Part shown: positions 54,508 to 61,450 of the stretch, piece by piece
How positions within the stretch are numbered: position 1 is the first letter of the stretch
Layout of the letters: the number at the start of each line of letters is the position of its first letter
Source: a virus
Taxonomy: Duplodnaviria; Caudoviricetes
IMG/VR virus record: IMGVR_UViG_3300049982_000075
Coordinates: 1-61,798 of that record
DNA length: 61,798 bases
Direction: 5' to 3' (one strand)
Program-made: the position numbers and the translations under genes
The notes under the pieces: model-generated
Told to the model about the DNA's origin: nothing
Databases searched by the model: none
Seen by the model: only the letters and a program-made list of their open reading frames with translations

Positions 54508-55264
54508 AGGAATTCTTCTCCACACGACCACGAACGCGAGCGGTGAGCTGCCGAAGGTGGTCAAGGCCGAGATCATCCTCACCGACGCGTTCGGCGGAGT
54601 CACCAAGGCAACCGCGACCGGCGACAATCTGATCTCGGAGGTCGTCCTGCCCCGCACCGAAGCGGGTGAGTTTATGTCCACCTCCTGGGGCGACGGCGGC
54701 TTGCTCCGGGGTTATCCGATCGCTGGCAATCTCGGGATCCGTGGCTTCGAGGCCTTCACGGCGACCTACACGGCGCCCGAGCGTCCGGCCAAGCGCTGGG
54801 AAGTCGGACAGATCGTGAAGCTGACCAAGAGCCTGACGCCGCCGAACTTCCCCTACCACAATGCCGGCTTCATCGGCGAGGTTACCGGAGTGACTTGGCT
54901 GGGCCTGGAGAACTGCTGGCAGTACCACATCGAGGACCGATACCGCAAGCACGGCCTCTACCTCAGCGAGTCCAAGGACCTCGACCGCGCCAGAACGCTC
55001 GACCGCTGGCCGTTCCGTGCGGGCGACTTCGTCACCTTCGAGGGATCCGACGGAGACCTCTTCAAGCTGATCGCTCCGTTGAACGACGGCGATCTGACAC
55101 GTCATGGATCCAAGAACCTTCCGGAGGTGAAGATCAACACTGGCGGCAAGAAGGCCTGGCACATCGAAACTGAAGACGGCCTCTGGGCCTGGCTGTTCGA
55201 GGAGCACATGATCCCGGTCGACGACGTCAAGGTCGTCAAGACCGTGAAATGGGAGCGCGGCTGA
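54500..55264 (+). CDS. Hypothetical protein (tandem SH3/KOW-like segments)
   Basis: AGGAGG RBS; WEVGQIV and FRAGDFV repeats. Confidence 0.6.
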   Translation: MSEGILLHTTTNASGELPKVVKAEIILTDAFGGVTKATATGDNLISEVVLPRTEAGEFMSTSWGDGGLLRGYPIAGNLGIRGFEAFTATYTAPERPAKRWEVGQIVKLTKSLTPPNFPYHNAGFIGEVTGVTWLGLENCWQYHIEDRYRKHGLYLSESKDLDRARTLDRWPFRAGDFVTFEGSDGDLFKLIAPLNDGDLTRHGSKNLPEVKINTGGKKAWHIETEDGLWAWLFEEHMIPVDDVKVVKTVKWERG

Positions 55265-55461
55265 TGACCAAGTTGCGAGTGTTCGTGGACGCCCCGATCC
55301 CACGCAACGCCGACGAGCTCGACGACCTCAACCGCGCACTGATCGCTCTCGGTCAGGTGCACGGCGTCGAGCTCGGGAAGATGACCCTGCAGTGGAGTAG
55401 CAGCTCTAAGCAGGTGAGCGTGTTCTACGCGACGAGCGCCGTATTGCCGGTCGCCGACTGA
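55264..55461 (+). CDS. Hypothetical protein
   Basis: TGATG coupling. Confidence 0.55.
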   Translation: MTKLRVFVDAPIPRNADELDDLNRALIALGQVHGVELGKMTLQWSSSSKQVSVFYATSAVLPVAD

Positions 55462-55685
55462 CAAGCGTTTAAACGCAGAGGAACGGTACGTTCCGTAGCC
55501 TTGCGATGTAACCTGGAGTCATCGGTTCCCTCGGGGGCGACGGAGCCGATGACTCTGGGGACACACCGTGACCAACGACGAGATCTTGAGCACGTTCGCG
55601 ACGATTCTTGAGGACTGGCGTACAGACCTCGAGGAATGGGCCATCTCAAACGGATTCTTGACCGATCAGGCTACCGTGAGCGATC

Positions 55686-56144
55686 ATGGGCCTCATGACC
55701 AGCAAACCAACTCCGTGCGAGACGGGTAATCGTTGTAAGGTGCCGAAGTGGCGCGAAGAGCTCAAGCCCTTGCGCGACGATTGGGACTCGAGCCAGTACG
55801 ACGGGATCACGTACGATGACCTCGTCGAGGCCGTGGACGGACTGTGCCGCCACGAGACTCACCCTGACGACTGGTTCGAAGTTCCGGAAGCCGGCTACAA
55901 TACACCGCCGTTCTGGCGCACACAGCGAGCGATGGCGCGCTGCCATTTCGAATGCCCGAAGCGCCTGGAGTGCCTGTTCCTCGGTCTCGAAGAGGATCAT
56001 GGCGTCTGGGGCGGGTACAGTGCCAACCAGCGCGACATCATCAAGACGGAGAGGACCAATATCTCCGCCAAGCGGGCCGCCGCAGCCTCACAGGCGACGG
56101 CCAGACAGGAGGAACCAGATGCCGAGAAGGAACAGGCGTCGTAG
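55686..56144 (+). CDS. whiB: WhiB-family transcription factor
   Basis: LC...DDWF...RCHFECP...ECL...HGVWGG. Confidence 0.82.
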   Translation: MGLMTSKPTPCETGNRCKVPKWREELKPLRDDWDSSQYDGITYDDLVEAVDGLCRHETHPDDWFEVPEAGYNTPPFWRTQRAMARCHFECPKRLECLFLGLEEDHGVWGGYSANQRDIIKTERTNISAKRAAAASQATARQEEPDAEKEQAS

Positions 56145-56517
56145 GCGCATTCAGCTCAGCAAGAAACGAACGGTAATGAGCCGTCGCGGCACTTTCCTCG
56201 GGGGGAAGCAAGTCGCACAGACCGGCGTGAAGCTGGAGCCGCTCGTCAAGGCTGACGGGCGTTGCTACAACGAGCGCACGGACAAGCACAAGATCGCCTT
56301 CAACACGGAGGAGAAGGCGGCCCTGGCCCTCTCGGCCGCGCGGAAGAACCATGAGAAGCTCGGACACACCGAGCGCATCGAGCAGCGGTACTACCAATGC
56401 CCGATCGAGGACCGTGGGGGAGCTGAGCGCGAGCACTTTCACCTCACCCACAAAGAGGAGCGCACGTCTACAGACGTTCGCTTCAAGGAGGAGAGGGTGC
56501 GCGATGACCGTAGCTGA
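56119..56517 (+). CDS. Hypothetical protein (C/H zinc-binding-like)
   Basis: GGAGG RBS; RC...K..F...A..AL...RYYQCP...HFHLT. Confidence 0.65.
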   Translation: MPRRNRRRRRIQLSKKRTVMSRRGTFLGGKQVAQTGVKLEPLVKADGRCYNERTDKHKIAFNTEEKAALALSAARKNHEKLGHTERIEQRYYQCPIEDRGGAEREHFHLTHKEERTSTDVRFKEERVRDDRS

Positions 56518-57805
56518 CAGCAACAAGCGAGGTAGACTCGGTGGCATGACCAAGCCTCGCAAGAACCTCGATGACGCCGTACGCCGCCTGATCGACGGCA
56601 CGCCGTCGCCGCTCGTGCGAGCTCCTGCCCCGAAGGACTTCCAGCCCGGCGTGAAGTACGAAGGCGGCCGGATCTCCGAGATCACCACCGCCGGTGTCGG
56701 CCGGGACCTGCGCGACGACGAAGACTTCTCCGAGCTACTGGCTGAGATGGGCATCGTCGTACCGATCGGATACCGAATCATCCTCGACGAGGCTAGGTTC
56801 GACCCGGCCGCCTGGCATCGCGACGGCCAGGGCGAGGACGCCGTCACGCGCGAGGTGTGGCGCTACCGGTTCAAGGTCGTCCCCGCCGCGCTCACGCCCG
56901 GCCAGGACGAGGATCTGGAGAAGCTCTTCGCAGCCGCGCGCAAGACCCAGCGCGCGCGGCCCCGGCCGACCGAGTTCGACAAGGCCACCATGGTCGTCGT
57001 GCTCGGCGACATTCAGGCTGGCAAGGTCGACCGTCGCGGCGGCACCGTCGAGCTTCTGGAGCGCTTCGAGCACGCCAAGAGCGACGTCATGAAGCGGGCC
57101 CGCAAGATGCGCCCGCAGCAGATCGTCATCGTGGACGCCGGCGATGCCATGGAGAACTTCGAGAGTTCTCCGGGCGCCGATCGGACCAACGACCTGCAGC
57201 TCACCGAGCAGATGCGACTGTGGCGCCGAGTGTTCTGGGACTGGGTGTCCAACCTGGCGTTCCTGGCGCCCGAGATCGACGTCCTGTCGGTGCCGTCCAA
57301 CCACTGCAGCGTTCGACGCGGCAAGCAGAACATGTCCACACCCGGGGACGACTACGGGCTGGAAGTTCTGTCGCAGCTGGCCGACATCGCAGCGGAGAAC
57401 TCGCAGTTCAGCCACATCAACTTCTGGTCGCCTGAGGAGCACGAGGAGGCGCTCGCCCTGACCCTGGTCGGCGGCAAGACCCTCGGACTTGTCCACGGAC
57501 ACCAGAAGAGCCGGCCCGAACTGGCCGCGCAGTACATGGCTGGCCAGGCGCTCGGCCGCACTCCGATCGGTGACGCCGATATCGTCGTCATGGGACATTG
57601 GCACAACCTGCGTGTGCAGACCTTCGGCGACGACCGCTGGCTGTTCATCTGTCCGACGATGGACTCCGGCAGCTCCTGGTACGCCAACACCACCGGCGAG
57701 GAGTCGGCTGCCGGCGTGTTGACCTTCATGGTCGACGAGCGCGGCTGGCGTGACCTGCATATCGCCTGGGCGCGGCCGGGCGTGGACTACGAGGTGATCG
57801 GGTGA
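56504..57805 (+). CDS. Calcineurin-like metallophosphoesterase (Mre11-like nuclease family)
   Basis: GDIQ, GDAME, SNH, HGH, GHWH motifs. Confidence 0.85.
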   Translation: MTVADSNKRGRLGGMTKPRKNLDDAVRRLIDGTPSPLVRAPAPKDFQPGVKYEGGRISEITTAGVGRDLRDDEDFSELLAEMGIVVPIGYRIILDEARFDPAAWHRDGQGEDAVTREVWRYRFKVVPAALTPGQDEDLEKLFAAARKTQRARPRPTEFDKATMVVVLGDIQAGKVDRRGGTVELLERFEHAKSDVMKRARKMRPQQIVIVDAGDAMENFESSPGADRTNDLQLTEQMRLWRRVFWDWVSNLAFLAPEIDVLSVPSNHCSVRRGKQNMSTPGDDYGLEVLSQLADIAAENSQFSHINFWSPEEHEEALALTLVGGKTLGLVHGHQKSRPELAAQYMAGQALGRTPIGDADIVVMGHWHNLRVQTFGDDRWLFICPTMDSGSSWYANTTGEESAAGVLTFMVDERGWRDLHIAWARPGVDYEVIG

Positions 57806-58002
57806 CGACCGTGGCAACCGACGAGAAGCAGCCTCAGCATCCCACCGTGGCCGAGCTCGAGGAGGCCATCACTCACCTGGCCGAGACGTGCCGGCGCTAC
57901 GGCCGGTTCGCCCAGAAGTACGGCGAGTGGCACGAGGAGATCAACCACCTCCTGACGGATCGGGAAACTGCCCTCTTGACGAGGTCCGGCGGAGTCCTGT
58001 AG
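57802..58002 (+). CDS. Hypothetical protein
   Basis: GTGA coupling. Confidence 0.6.
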   Translation: MTTVATDEKQPQHPTVAELEEAITHLAETCRRYGRFAQKYGEWHEEINHLLTDRETALLTRSGGVL

Positions 58003-58005
58003 AGT
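57976..58005 (+). promoter_or_regulatory. SigA-like promoter driving the RNA island
   Basis: TTGACG-N18-TAGAGT. Confidence 0.7.
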
Positions 58006-58314
58006 TTCTCTCAGGTCGAGAGAGCAAGTACCGAGCCTCCAGAGGGATCCCGGGCAAGGTGCGGCCGGCCAGCCAGCGCTCTCGATTTAGCTGAGGACTA
58101 GCGGAAGTCTCGCAAGGCCCGCCAAGCGGGCGGACCGAGACAGTTTTGTATCCCTTTCCACCTAACGGCCGGGTTCGAGCCGGGTTTGGGCTATGCCGAG
58201 CAGGGGCGGATCCTGCCACTCAGCGAATTGAACCTGCAGGAAGCTCTTCCCCGGATGCAAGGGTTGAGTGGGGCGGTATGGGAGTAGCAGACAATTTCCA
58301 TACGCGGTCTCTAA

Positions 58315-58387
58315 CGCGGGGTAGTTCAGTTGGCAGAACGCCGGGCTCATAATCCGGTAGTCATGGGTTCGAGTCCCATCCCCGCCA
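58315..58387 (+). tRNA. tRNA-fMet (CAT)
   Basis: full cloverleaf; C1xC72 mismatch; CCGGG-CTCATAA-TCCGG anticodon arm; TTCGAGT T-loop. Confidence 0.92.
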
Positions 58388-58398
58388 CGAAGCAACAA

Positions 58399-58469
58399 GC
58401 CGGACTTGTGTAATGGCAGCACACCAGGTTCTCAACCTGGAAGCAGGGGATCGATACCCCTGTCCGGTA
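58399..58469 (+). tRNA. tRNA-Glu (CTC), atypical T-loop
   Basis: GCCGGAC/GTCCGGT acceptor; CCAGG-TTCTCAA-CCTGG; T-loop ATCGATA. Confidence 0.8.
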
Positions 58470-58541
58470 CGCCTCCCGACCGGCATCTTGCGGCGCCTAT
58501 AGGGAAATCCCGTGAGTGACGGGGAGATAGTCACTCTGGTA

Positions 58542-58636
58542 GTCCGTTTAGCTCAAAGGTAAGAGCGCCCTCCCAAACGAGGGGTTAGTGCCAACCAGGC
58601 TGGTTGGACGTCCGGGGTCGAGACCCGGAACGGACG
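58542..58636 (+). ncRNA. tRNA-like RNA with long variable arm and 6-nt anticodon loop (Leu-CAA-like)
   Basis: GTCCGTT/AACGGAC acceptor, normal D arm, CCCTC-CCAAAC-GAGGG, CCAACCA/TGGTTGG V arm, CCGGG-GTCGAGA-CCCGG. Confidence 0.7.
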
Positions 58637-58731
58637 CGAGAGAGTCGGTACGATGGCCGGACCGACCGCCGAGGGCTAGCAGAGTGCGGGGATGCCGCGA
58701 CCGAGGCTTGACAGTGGCAAGGTAGGCCTGA

Positions 58732-58799
58732 GCGGAGCGGTCAGGGACCGTCGCTGCCTCCAAAGCAGTGATAGCGGAGATCAATACTTCGGCTCCGTG
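58732..58799 (+). tRNA. Compact tRNA-Trp (CCA) with reduced D arm
   Basis: GCGGAGC/GCTCCGT acceptor, G73, TCGCTGC-CTCCAAA-GCAGTGA, CGGAG-ATCAATA-CTTCG. Confidence 0.7.
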
Positions 58800-58810
58800 C
58801 GAGTCAATTC

Positions 58811-58890
58811 GGGGTTGTAATGGTTTCGATCGTCGGTAAGGCCCCACGTGGGAGACCGGCGGGACCTGGGTTCGATTCCCAGCAACTCCA
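58811..58890 (+). ncRNA. Mini-tmRNA: tRNA-like domain only, no mRNA-like domain
   Basis: GGGGTTG/CAACTCC-A acceptor with G3:U70; stemless D loop TAATGGTTTCGA; short P2; GGAC-CTGGG-TTCGATT-CCCAG T arm. Confidence 0.8.
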
Positions 58891-58903
58891 CGCAGTACTG
58901 CAC

Positions 58904-58978
58904 GGTGACGTAGCAGTCCGGGATAGCGGAAGTGGTGAACCGTCGCAAGGGACGGCGCTGAGCTCCGGGTGCGTCACC
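58904..58978 (+). ncRNA. Orphan long hairpin RNA
   Basis: GGTGACGTA/TGCGTCACC, CCGGG/TCCGG, TAGCG/CGCTG, CCGTC-GCAAGG-GACGG. Confidence 0.5.
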
Positions 58979-58981
58979 TAT

Positions 58982-59068
58982 TCCCTACTAGCTCAATCGG
59001 AAGAGCGGCCGGCTGTTAACCGGCGTCAGCGCGCAAGCGTGGACCAGGATCGAAACCTGGGTGGGGAG
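58982..59068 (+). tRNA. tRNA-Asn (GTT) with long variable arm
   Basis: TCCCTAC/GTGGGGA-G acceptor; GCCGG-CTGTTAA-CCGGC; V arm GCGC-GCAA-GCGT; T-loop ATCGAAA. Confidence 0.85.
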
Positions 59069-59071
59069 CGA

Positions 59072-59160
59072 GGGTGAGGTAGTGGCGTAGTTCAACTGGC
59101 CAGAATCTGTCCGCCAGAGGGCAGGATGCGGGTTCGAATCCCGTCGCCGGTGCCTCACCC
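59072..59160 (+). ncRNA. tRNA mimic with extended acceptor helix and aberrant anticodon loop
   Basis: GGGTGAGGTA/TGCCTCACCC outer stem; D arm GTTC...GAAT; CTGTCC-GCCAGA-GGGCAG; GCGGG-TTCGAAT-CCCGT. Confidence 0.65.
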
Positions 59161-59164
59161 GCTA

Positions 59165-59239
59165 GGGCCTCTAGCTCAGTGGACATAGAGCAGCCGACTC
59201 TTAATCGGCGGGTCGTGGGTTCGAATCCCACGGGGCCTA
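59165..59239 (+). tRNA. tRNA-Lys (CTT)
   Basis: canonical cloverleaf; GCCGA-CTCTTAA-TCGGC; TTCGAAT. Confidence 0.95.
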
Positions 59240-59462
59240 CAAGGCAGCATCGAACCACATCGTCGCGAAGATGACGTGGTCGGCTTGGCCTCGGTGGCGA
59301 CCGAATACGCCGGAGTGGTGACCGACAATCACTCGCCTTGGCGGCGCGTATCCGTCCCCCGTAGCGCAGGGTGATAGGGCAGCGGCGACGGACCGCAAAC
59401 CGTTCGGCCTCCTCGGCCGTGAAGAGGGTGCCTCGCGACAGGCATAGTTGGTCGCAGATGTT

Positions 59463-59510
59463 GGCCCCACCAGGGCTGGTCCACTTGCGGACCACTGGTG
59501 GGGCCTTCGT
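59463..59510 (+). terminator. Long hairpin closing the RNA island
   Basis: GGCCCCACCAG...TGGTCC/GGACCA...CTGGTGGGGCC then TTCGT. Confidence 0.6.
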
Positions 59511-59595
59511 CGTATCACATGCTGGACAGGGTCTTGCACTATTGTGCGGATATCGGCAGGATGGTACCCATCACCAACGGAGGGAGATCGACCAC

Positions 59596-60843
59596 ATGGA
59601 CATCTACGATCTGCTCGATGCCACTGAGCTGTACAAGCTTCGTGAGTTGGGCTACATCTCGAAGCGGGAACACCCGACGGAGCCGCTGTCGATCCTGAAC
59701 TACACGGACAAGGCGCAGCTGGCCGACGCCGACTTCTGGGCGGCGCACCCGGCGCTGTCGCACTGCCGAGGCCTGATCTACAACTCCTACACCAACGAGA
59801 TCGTGGCCCGGCCTTTCCGGAAGTTCTGGAACCACAACCAGCCGGCGGCCGACAAGATCGACCTAAAGGAGCGCGTTTACGCGACGGACAAGGTCGACGG
59901 ATCGCTGGGGATCATGTACCGCGAACCGAGCGGCGACCTGGCCATCGCCACACGGGGCAGCTTCACCTCGGACCAGGCCCTGCACGCCACTCATCTGCTG
60001 CGCACCAAGTACCAGATGAGTCTGGCAGGCCCCCGGGACCCTCGTGAGCGCTACCACGCGGCCGACGACGAGACCTTCCTGTTCGAGATCGTCTACCCCG
60101 AGAACCGGATCGTGCTCGACTACCACGGCGCTGACGAGCTAATCCTGCTCGGGTCCGTCGAGATCGACAGCGGCTACGTCTCGCTCCCGGCGGCGGCTAG
60201 CATCCACCTGGACTGGACCGGTTGGACCGCTCAGACCTTCGGCTATAACACCCTGGGCGACGCCCTGGCGGCCGCGCCACGGCCGAACGCCGAGGGGTTC
60301 GTCATCGCGACGCGCGGCGGCGAGAAGATGGTCAAGATCAAGCAGGAGGACTACGTTCGGCTGCACAAGATCATCTTCGGCCTGACCGAGAAGTCGATCT
60401 GGCGCGCTCTGGTGGCCGGCGATTCGCTGGACAGCCTGCTCGAGCCGCTGCCGGATGAATTCCACGCCTGGGTCCGCGAGGTCTACGGCCGACTCAAGGG
60501 TGCGGCTTCGACGTGGGGCGAAGGCGTCCGCGAGGAGTACCGGCGGATCATCGACGCTGGCGACTGGGAGCCGGTGTCCGACTATCAAGACCATGCTGCC
60601 CGGGCTGAGAACAAGAAGCGGTTTGCCCAGATCGTCAAGGGCGACAGGGACTCGTGGGCGTACTTCCAGCTCTACATCGGCCGTGGTGCGGACATCGAGC
60701 AGACGTACCTGGAGAAGCACCTGGAGCCGGTCGGCGCGACCGGTCCGGCCTCGACCAAGACCGAGGAGGTCTGCCTGGAGTGGAAGGCGGGCAGTCGATG
60801 CCCTGGCTGCATGGGGTGCCCATTCGATCGTGAGGAGGACTGA
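59596..60843 (+). CDS. rnlA: RNA ligase, T4 Rnl1 family
   Basis: LNYT, CRGLI, RPFRKFWN, KVDGSLG (motif I), ATRGSF, FEI, EGFVI, KIK; AGGGAG RBS; TTGCAC-N17-CAGGAT promoter. Confidence 0.93.
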   Translation: MDIYDLLDATELYKLRELGYISKREHPTEPLSILNYTDKAQLADADFWAAHPALSHCRGLIYNSYTNEIVARPFRKFWNHNQPAADKIDLKERVYATDKVDGSLGIMYREPSGDLAIATRGSFTSDQALHATHLLRTKYQMSLAGPRDPRERYHAADDETFLFEIVYPENRIVLDYHGADELILLGSVEIDSGYVSLPAAASIHLDWTGWTAQTFGYNTLGDALAAAPRPNAEGFVIATRGGEKMVKIKQEDYVRLHKIIFGLTEKSIWRALVAGDSLDSLLEPLPDEFHAWVREVYGRLKGAASTWGEGVREEYRRIIDAGDWEPVSDYQDHAARAENKKRFAQIVKGDRDSWAYFQLYIGRGADIEQTYLEKHLEPVGATGPASTKTEEVCLEWKAGSRCPGCMGCPFDREED

Positions 60844-60844
60844 G

Positions 60845-60982
60845 ATGGCGAACCTGACGCTGCTCCGTCTGCGGCTGGCCAAGGCCGTCGCGAACGGTGA
60901 CGAGACGACGATCAAGCGTCTCCAGAACCAGATCAAGGCCGAAGAGAAGAAGCGTGGCAAGAACCCGAGAAGGGGGCTCTGA
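60845..60982 (+). CDS. Small basic hypothetical protein
   Basis: GAGGAGG RBS. Confidence 0.6.
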   Translation: MANLTLLRLRLAKAVANGDETTIKRLQNQIKAEEKKRGKNPRRGL

Positions 60983-60983
60983 A

Positions 60984-61247
60984 GTGGGATCAGGATCCAA
61001 GTGGAACGCGGACATCAAGATCGACAAGGCGCAGCACCGGCGTGATATCCTCGGCTTCCGGACCACGTCCCGGCCGAACCATGAGGTGAAGAAGCCTGTC
61101 GAGGATGCTCGTCGCGCCGATCGCCGGGATCGACGTGCAGCCAAGGCCGCCGAGAGCAGCTCGCTGTGCGCATCAATCCTGATCGCCAGCGCGATCTCGG
61201 CGGCTGGCCTGGCGTCAAACGTCGCCCGAGTGAAGGGCTGGGTCTGA
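60984..61247 (+). CDS. Hypothetical protein with C-terminal hydrophobic helix
   Basis: GTG start after AGGGGG. Confidence 0.55.
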   Translation: MGSGSKWNADIKIDKAQHRRDILGFRTTSRPNHEVKKPVEDARRADRRDRRAAKAAESSSLCASILIASAISAAGLASNVARVKGWV

Positions 61248-61450
61248 TGGCCAAGCAGGAGAAGCCGAAGCGCGGCCGAGGTAACCCGACCAAGCCACTC
61301 ATCGGCCCGCGCCTGCCGGACGCTGGCCGAGGTGATCTGCCGAACCCGAACGCTCCAAAGTGCGGTACGTCGTATCGCGACCGCTACGGACTCGAGAAGA
61401 AGTGCGGCAAGCGAGGCCGGCACCTGAAGCACGGGCCTGGCAACGGGTGA
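61247..61450 (+). CDS. Small basic C/H protein
   Basis: C...C...H..H pattern; TGATG coupling. Confidence 0.6.
   Translation: MAKQEKPKRGRGNPTKPLIGPRLPDAGRGDLPNPNAPKCGTSYRDRYGLEKKCGKRGRHLKHGPGNG

Noticed and set aside
58811-58890. attP remnant of a host ssrA gene, or an ordinary tRNA-Ala
   Set aside because: An attP would carry only one end of ssrA, and no integrase is present; both ends are here and fully paired. It has no D stem and no 7-nt anticodon loop, so it is not a tRNA-Ala
58904-58978. SRP (4.5S) RNA
   Set aside because: Lacks the conserved helix-8 CAGG/AGCA symmetric loop and GNRA tetraloop
59072-59160. YrlA-type Y RNA
   Set aside because: Arm order is D then T as in tRNA, not the permuted YrlA order, and no Ro60/Rsr gene was recognised
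59371-59595. N-terminal extension of the RNA ligase given in the ORF track
   Set aside because: Overlaps structured RNA and a hairpin; promoter and RBS point to ATG 59596
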